DNA of 12,241 bases from assembly GCA_016840855.1 (NCBI GenBank), contig JAEORO010000063.1, positions 1 through 12,241 of the forward strand, in the 5' to 3' direction. Positions within the stretch are counted from its first letter, which is position 1; each line of letters begins with the position of its first letter. Source of the DNA: Candidatus Thorarchaeota archaeon. GTDB taxonomy: Archaea; Asgardarchaeota; Thorarchaeia; Thorarchaeales; Thorarchaeaceae. This document shows, piece after piece, positions 1 to 5,456 of this stretch. The position numbers and the translations under genes were made by a program. The notes beneath the pieces were generated by a model. It saw only the letters and a program-made list of their open reading frames with translations. It searched no databases and was not told the DNA's origin.

Positions 1-13
1 GAGAACAGATCAT
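1..13 (-). CDS. Possible start of a gene leaving the window (MICS...)
   Basis: Minus strand GGTGG-AC-ATG at 13. Only four codons are visible. Confidence 0.2.
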
Positions 14-45
14 GTCCACCAGAAGTTCTCTTCTGGAATAAGTTC

Positions 46-59
46 GATATGGTTAAAAG
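46..59 (+). promoter_or_regulatory. Putative BRE/TATA promoter of tRNA-Leu
   Basis: GATATGG-TTAAAAG, with the TATA-like TTAAAA at 53-58 about 30 nt upstream of the mature tRNA 5' end at 87. Confidence 0.5.
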
Positions 60-86
60 GCACTTCCCAAAAACTCCAATTTGAAA

Positions 87-174
87 GCGGAGGTTGCCAA
101 GCCAGGTCAAAGGCGTAGGGTTCAGATCCCTATTTCGTAGGAATTCGCGAGTTCGAATCTCGCCCTCCGCACCA
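87..174 (+). tRNA. tRNA-Leu(CAG), intronless, CCA genomically encoded
   Basis: Acceptor stem GCGGAGG (87-93)/CCTCCGC (164-170) followed by A-CCA (171-174). D arm GCC-AAGCCAGGTCAAA-GGC. Anticodon arm TAGGG-TTCAGAT-CCCTA with CAG at 123-125. Long variable arm TTTC-GTA-GGAA. T arm GCGAG-TTCGAAT-CTCGC. Confidence 0.97.
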
Positions 175-240
175 TCCTCTTGTTCTAAATTAATTTGCCA
201 CACTATTGAAATTGAAAAACGATGCTTTGGATTTATTATT

Positions 241-690
241 TCAGGGCATGCTCTCTTCCTGAGGAAGTATGAACATGGTTTCTATCCTTTCTACTCCTTC
301 GAGCTTTTCAAGTTCTCCAGTAATAAAACGTGCAAGCTTTGAGATATCCTTCACCTGTATCATGCAGATGAAGTTAGCTGGTCCTGATGTCCTGAAGACA
401 TCAGATATCTCGCTATACTTGATTAGTTTCTTATAGATGCTGTCTGACTCTGCGGGTTGACAGGTGACCAGTGCGACGACTTGAACTTCGAATCCCAGTT
501 TCCTATGATTCAATTCGAGAGTATATTTCTTAATTACTCCAATTTTGACCAATCGTTCCATTCTGTTTCTTATTGAACTAGGACTTAGGTTTACAACAGC
601 TGCAATCTCTCTCAAAGAACTTCGAGCATTCGCTGAGAGTATCTCAATTATTCTTAGGTCATTTTCGTCAATCTTCTCTGTTGACTCCAT
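241..690 (-). CDS. Lrp/AsnC family transcriptional regulator
   Basis: N-terminal HTH pattern IDENDLRIIEILSANARSSLREIAAVVNLSPSSIRNRMERLVKIGVIKKY, then a C-terminal RAM-like domain (VFRTSGPANF...LEGVERIET); 149 aa. Confidence 0.93.
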   Translation of the reverse strand: MESTEKIDENDLRIIEILSANARSSLREIAAVVNLSPSSIRNRMERLVKIGVIKKYTLELNHRKLGFEVQVVALVTCQPAESDSIYKKLIKYSEISDVFRTSGPANFICMIQVKDISKLARFITGELEKLEGVERIETMFILPQEESMP

Positions 691-724
691 CTAGAACATC
701 CCAGCTTCAGCTCAATAGAATGTT

Positions 725-1123
725 CTAGGTCTTGACCCTAGTTATCACACGAGTTCCCATTACATCCCAGACTTCAACTGCTACATTCAACTCAATCTTC
801 GATATAATTTCCTGATCAGTTGGCTTTGGAACTTCATAGGTTTCGAATGTTTCACTATCCATGAGACTGTATGTTTCTCCCATATCAGCTATAACTGTTG
901 CACTAGTCTTCTCAATGAGTGGGACGTCAACCATCCGGTCTGCTGGCATGATAACATTACGCTTTCGATTGTCAAAGAAACCGATAGCTACAATGTTTGC
1001 CTTGGCTGCGCCATGCTTGCCAGGCTTTGATTTTTCAACTGACACAACTTTGCAAGGTTCTCCATCTATCAGAAAGTAGCTTCCAGGCTTTAGACCTTTA
1101 GCCTCAGACTTCTTAATGCTCAC
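725..1123 (-). CDS. eif5a: Translation factor aIF5A (archaeal eIF5A)
   Basis: Hypusination loop SKPGKHGAAK; 132 aa; GTG start with a GGTGA Shine-Dalgarno at 1134-1130. Confidence 0.97.
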   Translation of the reverse strand: MSIKKSEAKGLKPGSYFLIDGEPCKVVSVEKSKPGKHGAAKANIVAIGFFDNRKRNVIMPADRMVDVPLIEKTSATVIADMGETYSLMDSETFETYEVPKPTDQEIISKIELNVAVEVWDVMGTRVITRVKT

Positions 1124-1180
1124 TCTAAATCACCAACTTAGTCTTGCAGACCAGTGTTAGTCCTCTTCATTCACTTCATG

Positions 1181-1198
1181 TATATATATTTGGGGGCG
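1181..1198 (-). promoter_or_regulatory. Putative BRE/TATA promoter of aIF5A-Lrp
   Basis: Minus strand reads CGCCCCCAA-ATATATATA, about 60 nt upstream of the aIF5A start, in the divergent intergenic region. Confidence 0.55.
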
Positions 1199-1269
1199 GT
1201 AGAGTTTTCTTTCCCTGACAACAACTGTAAAAGGGGCTAGATAAAGGCCAAGTTTGGGTGTGTTGAACA

Positions 1270-2139
1270 TTGATCGAAGAGGAACCACAGATTCTCTCAG
1301 AAAAGCGAGCTATTGGACTTGTCTGTAGACCTGACCGCCCTGAGATTGAAGAAATCGCCAATCAGATTGCTGATTTTCTCATCTCAGAAGATCTAGATAT
1401 ACAAGTTGATCCTGGTTCCTGTAATATTCTTCACAAAAAAGCGCAACCCACTCTGATAGAGGAAATGGATGTTGACTTTGTTATTACAATAGGTGGAGAT
1501 GGAACAATTCTGTACACACTCACCAAACTAAAGGATAGAGAAACTCCACTATTCTGTGTCAATCGTGGGACTGTAGGCTTCCTTACAGAGAGTGACACTG
1601 AGTCCGCCATCTCATCTCTCAGGAGTGTACTACAGAGTGATTGTATCATAGAATCCAACGTGAATATTAGTTCAGGAGTTGGTGACAGGAAATTCGAGGA
1701 TGCTCTCAATGAGGTGTATGTAGTTTCTAAAATCCCGGGACGTCTTCTGAGTATGCAGATCTATGTCGATGGAGTTGAAATTGACTCTGGAAGAGCTGAT
1801 GGCGCCATGCTTGCAACGCCTGTTGGATCATCAGCCTATGCACTTGCGGCAGGAGGGTCTATTCTTGCACCAAATGTTAATGGTCTTATCTTTGTCCCGG
1901 TGTGTCCGCCAAGATTCGAGCTTAAATCAGTCGTAGTTCCTGATTCTGCCACCGTCGAAATTGAGCTTGTCAAACCCCGTGTGTCAGCCTACGCTGTTAT
2001 TGATGGTCAAACAAGGTGGGATGTTGCCCCTCATGAAACAGTGTGGATCAAAAAGTCTGAAGGGGTGTCTCGTTTCATAAGGATGTATGACAACTATTAT
2101 GATCGACTTAACACACGCTTGGTTCCGCGAACAATCTAG
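1270..2139 (+). CDS. nadK: NAD(+) kinase
   Basis: GGDGT motif, NRGTVGFL, ALNE motif and the Gly-rich DGAMLATPVGSSAYALAAGGS; TTG start. Confidence 0.95.
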   Translation: MIEEEPQILSEKRAIGLVCRPDRPEIEEIANQIADFLISEDLDIQVDPGSCNILHKKAQPTLIEEMDVDFVITIGGDGTILYTLTKLKDRETPLFCVNRGTVGFLTESDTESAISSLRSVLQSDCIIESNVNISSGVGDRKFEDALNEVYVVSKIPGRLLSMQIYVDGVEIDSGRADGAMLATPVGSSAYALAAGGSILAPNVNGLIFVPVCPPRFELKSVVVPDSATVEIELVKPRVSAYAVIDGQTRWDVAPHETVWIKKSEGVSRFIRMYDNYYDRLNTRLVPRTI

Positions 2140-2147
2140 GTGATTTG

Positions 2148-2663
2148 ATGACCCGGATTTATGTTATCGATGCTGGTGTTTTAATCTCAACATGGACTGA
2201 TAAGAAAAAGGATGCATCTTTCATAACGACTCCTGGAATAATCCAGGAAGTTCGAAATCGTTTGAGTAAATTTCGCGCAGAAACCCTATTCCTCCTCGAA
2301 AAGATGCAGCAACGCGAACCAAGTCACGATGCTATTGCTTATATAGAATCCACTGCCACGCAAACAGGCGATTCCTCGGTCTTATCAAAAAATGATATTG
2401 ATTTGATTGCTTTAGCATACATGCTGAAAAATGAGGGTTTCGAACCAACACTAGTTTCCACTGATTTTGCAGTTTTGAACACAGCAAGTCAGTTGAACCT
2501 TCCAATTATCGATCCTAATGATAAGTTTAGCCAGAGAATTACTTGGGGTCTGAAATGTCCTGCTTGCAATTACAAAACGAAAAGTAGAGCTAGCAGTGTT
2601 GAATGTCCAGTTTGTGGAACTACAATGCGTAGAACACCGTTGAAAAAGAACAAGAAATCCTGA
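2148..2663 (+). CDS. nob1: Nob1-family endonuclease (PIN domain plus Zn ribbon), small-subunit rRNA maturation
   Basis: PIN acidic motifs VIDAG, IIQEV, GDSSVLSKNDIDLIALA and STDFAVLN; C-terminal CPAC...CPVCG. ATG 2148 is preferred over TTG 2145 because the GGTGA SD at 2139-2143 overlaps the nadK stop. Confidence 0.9.
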   Translation: MTRIYVIDAGVLISTWTDKKKDASFITTPGIIQEVRNRLSKFRAETLFLLEKMQQREPSHDAIAYIESTATQTGDSSVLSKNDIDLIALAYMLKNEGFEPTLVSTDFAVLNTASQLNLPIIDPNDKFSQRITWGLKCPACNYKTKSRASSVECPVCGTTMRRTPLKKNKKS

Positions 2664-2737
2664 AACCAGTAATACTCTGGTCTTACATCATGTAATATGG
2701 TTTCTTTGGGAGGGTACTTATTGGAGAGTTGTCTTGA

Positions 2738-3007
2738 TTGACAGATAATCCTAGACTTACAATACAGCGAGACTTAGACGAGATTAAGACCCAGGTCAAG
2801 AAAGAATTAGATACAATTAGAGACCTGATGGACTCTTTTGGATATCGTAATCCATCTCCCACCTGGAATGCTCCTTTTCAAATACATCGCTTACGCAGAG
2901 CATTAAGAATTCATTACCTCGCTATGAAGATTAGAGATTCTACCCCTCAAAGCCCTAGTATGCGAAATCTAACTTGGGATTTGCAGAATGATTATGATTT
3001 GCCATAA
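2738..3007 (+). CDS. Hypothetical protein, 89 aa
   Basis: Fills an otherwise empty gap; TTG start after GGAGAG; amphipathic N-terminal helix; stop abuts the yjbQ stop. No recognisable family. Confidence 0.55.
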   Translation: MTDNPRLTIQRDLDEIKTQVKKELDTIRDLMDSFGYRNPSPTWNAPFQIHRLRRALRIHYLAMKIRDSTPQSPSMRNLTWDLQNDYDLP

Positions 3008-3427
3008 TTAATCTCCAATTATCATGACTTCAAGCTGTCTACTTCGAGGCCGATTGTCAAAATCCACGAAAACTATTTGCTGCCATGTACCGAGTGTAAG
3101 TTTTCCTTTTAGAAAGGGTATTGTAAGACTCGGTCCAAGAATGGATGCTCTAATATGAGAGTGGCCATTACCGTCATGCCATCGTAGATGATGCTGATAT
3201 ACCGCATTTTTTGGTGCGATTCGCTCCATAGCCACAGGAAAATCTTCTAAGAGCCCACCTTCAAATTCGATAGTCGTGATTGAACCTGTAGAACCGGTAC
3301 AGAATATCGTACAAATCCCTGTTTGTATTTTACTTTTTTTCACTGTGTTTTCAACAGATTTTGTGATGTCAATGATATCACAATCTCCCTTGGTTTCAAT
3401 TGAGATCCTCTCATGGTGTATGCTCAT
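3008..3427 (-). CDS. yjbQ: YjbQ/UPF0047 family protein
   Basis: IIDIT, YQHH...DGNGHSHIRASILGPS and LTLGTWQQIVFVDFDNRPRSR motifs; GGTGAG SD. Confidence 0.93.
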   Translation of the reverse strand: MSIHHERISIETKGDCDIIDITKSVENTVKKSKIQTGICTIFCTGSTGSITTIEFEGGLLEDFPVAMERIAPKNAVYQHHLRWHDGNGHSHIRASILGPSLTIPFLKGKLTLGTWQQIVFVDFDNRPRSRQLEVMIIGD

Positions 3428-3492
3428 CCTATCTCACCAGTGCATTTCTTGCTCGTTCAGAGTAGAAATCACACTTTTGTCTTCCGTCATAT

Positions 3493-5298
3493 CTATTTCA
3501 TAGAACGTTCTTTCTTGGATTGCTCAATTAGAGTCCGAATCCTCTTTTCTTTATCCAGCATATCTTCCTCGTTCTCTTGGAGAATAAGTAGTGCTCCAAT
3601 GTGATTGCCTGAATTCAAAGCCCTGACCAACGACATTATTGCTAACATGACATCATCCTGAGTAGAAACTGCAATTTCATCCATAAGCTTGATACTGTCA
3701 TTAATAGGGCGTCGCTTTTGAGGGTAATAGATGAATCGCGTTTCAAACACAGTAAAGAAATCTTCAAACGCCTCCTTGAGCTCATTTGCTGTCTTAAAAC
3801 CCTCTCCAGATTTTGTTAGTAAATCGATGGCTTTCTCAATCATCTCAGATGCGTTTGTTAAAAGCGCCTCCATGCCAGCTGTACGAATCCAAATTGTTGC
3901 TAACTCAGGAACACCTAGTTCTTGATAGTATTTAGCTGCACTTTCTGCTTTTTCACTTGCCATCCTATGAAACAACTCATACCTTTCTTTGTCTCCGAGC
4001 TTCATGGCGCATTCAGCGGCTTTGCTATATAGTTTTGATCCGCCCTCATGATCTCCTGTTTCGGATAACTCATCCGCAAGTTGCACGTATAGATTTAACG
4101 CCTGCTCAAGATGCCCTCGCGCTTCTGTTTCTTGACCTGCCTCGTCTAGAACCTCTGCTGCCTCCTCTAAAGACACAGCTTGTAGCTCTTTATTACCGCT
4201 TTCTTGCTCCTTTACTGCTTCTTGAAGATAGTAGTTTATGACCTCTTTGTATATCTGCTCAGCTTCTTCCGTCTGACCCCATTTCTTTAGACACATGGCT
4301 TGGAATCGGAGGTATTTCTTTTCCGACTCTAAATCACGCTGCGTTTTAGCTTTCTCTGCAAGCTCTCCAAATAGCTCATTTGCACGTTTGTACGCCCATT
4401 TTGCTTTCATTGGTCTGCCAATCTCTACGAACATGTTGCCTCCTTTTACCAGGAGAGGCGCCACAGATTCTGCTGTACCTTGCATTTTCAGATAAGCTTC
4501 CGCAGCCTTAGACATGGCTTGCTTTCTAGCAGTAGTTAGTCGTTGTAGTTTGTATGCTTCCTGTGCTGCATCAAAGATATTGCCTGCTTTCTCATACAAC
4601 TCAGCTGCTTCATATAATTCTCCAGCATCCATCATCAATCTAGTTGCTTCAGGAGAATCACCACGGGTCTCCATAATCTGTGCTGCTTCAGCCATTGCAT
4701 TCCCAGCGGATAGGAAATCGCCTGCCTCTTTCCCAATTTCTGCCCATCGTTTGGCTAGTCTAGCCGCGCGGTCGTTGATACGTTCACCCAGTTCATCATC
4801 GCCAGCAGTATAATAAAGCCTACTTACTTTTCTAAGAAGACTGACTGCTTCGCTATAATTCTCTTCGACTTCTCGTACATCTGCAAGGTTTTCGAGTGCA
4901 TCAGCTGCTTTGACATTCAGTTCATTCTTTTTCTCATCGGATTCTACAAAATCCTGAGCTCTGAAATAGAAATCAGCTGCTTTCTTGTATTCCGTTGCGT
5001 CTTCAGCAACTTTTGCCGCTTTCATATTTAGTCTTACAATTTCCCTATACACTTCTGGTCCTTGAGGTAAGCGAATAAGCATCAGAGTAGCATTGTCAAA
5101 AGCTTTGAAAGCTTCTTCTGCTTTGTAAATATCGCGATAGACAATTGCGCCTTCCTCGTAGATCTTTGCTGCTTGTTCATACTCCATCTTTGTGGCAAAA
5201 CGACTTGCTGCTGCTAGAAGTAACTTTGCTCCTTGTTCTTTATTGCCCTCATTAAGCGCATTTCTTGCTTCTTTCAGGATATCGTCATCAGAAGTCAA
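3493..5298 (-). CDS. Alpha-helical repeat (TPR/SNAP-like) protein, 601 aa
   Basis: Ala/Glu/Lys-rich helical repeats with roughly 20-aa periodicity (AAKIYEEGA, AADFYFRA, AGNAMAEAA, AAELYEKAG, SKLYSKAA); no TM segment; TTG start with GAGG SD at 5310-5307. Confidence 0.85.
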   Translation of the reverse strand: MTSDDDILKEARNALNEGNKEQGAKLLLAAASRFATKMEYEQAAKIYEEGAIVYRDIYKAEEAFKAFDNATLMLIRLPQGPEVYREIVRLNMKAAKVAEDATEYKKAADFYFRAQDFVESDEKKNELNVKAADALENLADVREVEENYSEAVSLLRKVSRLYYTAGDDELGERINDRAARLAKRWAEIGKEAGDFLSAGNAMAEAAQIMETRGDSPEATRLMMDAGELYEAAELYEKAGNIFDAAQEAYKLQRLTTARKQAMSKAAEAYLKMQGTAESVAPLLVKGGNMFVEIGRPMKAKWAYKRANELFGELAEKAKTQRDLESEKKYLRFQAMCLKKWGQTEEAEQIYKEVINYYLQEAVKEQESGNKELQAVSLEEAAEVLDEAGQETEARGHLEQALNLYVQLADELSETGDHEGGSKLYSKAAECAMKLGDKERYELFHRMASEKAESAAKYYQELGVPELATIWIRTAGMEALLTNASEMIEKAIDLLTKSGEGFKTANELKEAFEDFFTVFETRFIYYPQKRRPINDSIKLMDEIAVSTQDDVMLAIMSLVRALNSGNHIGALLILQENEEDMLDKEKRIRTLIEQSKKERSMK

Positions 5299-5310
5299 GT
5301 TGGAGTCCTC

Positions 5311-5364
5311 TCAGTTTATTTTGATAGAATCATTATCAGGCTCTCTTGAATCCATGTTCCTCAT
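5311..5364 (-). ncRNA. Candidate box C/D-like RNA or kink-turn element in the leader of the SNAP-like gene
   Basis: Minus strand: ATGAGGA (C-like, 5364-5358), 18 nt, CTGA (D', 5339-5336), TA, ATGATTC (C'-like), 12 nt, CTGA (D, 5314-5311). C and C' are degenerate and no target was identified. Confidence 0.3.
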
Positions 5365-5456
5365 AACAGTTGTCGTGATGACTCTATGCCTCTTTTATCA
5401 TGCTCAGAACACTCAAATATCAAGTTCTGCTTTACAGAATTGGTAGTTGAAACCCA

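Noticed and set aside
116-132. tRNA-Sec reading of the TCA in the anticodon loop
   Set aside because: Stem pairing centres CAG, not TCA. The 7-bp acceptor stem and A discriminator fit Leu.
150-240. tRNA 3' end as an integration site
   Set aside because: I saw no integrase or duplicated tRNA end, and the downstream genes are housekeeping.
94-342. 82-aa ORF on the plus strand
   Set aside because: Overlaps the tRNA and is antisense to Lrp; no protein-like features.
2661-2704. Selenocysteine readthrough of the nob1 TGA with a downstream structure
   Set aside because: It would add only three residues with no redox motif, and the structure lacks a SECIS-like core.
3456-3490. SECIS-like AUGA...AAAA...UGA in the 3' UTR of the SNAP-like gene
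   Set aside because: The helix between the putative core motifs pairs poorly, and the upstream TGA is not in a Cys/Sec-like context.
5375-5381. Perfect C box GTGATGA on the plus strand
   Set aside because: No CTGA D box follows within the intergenic region on that strand.
5405-5429. CAGAAC/GTTCTG inverted repeat and recurring AGAACA/TGTTCT words (2, 181, 693, 721, 5406)
   Set aside because: Short words with inconsistent spacing; cannot be distinguished from chance.
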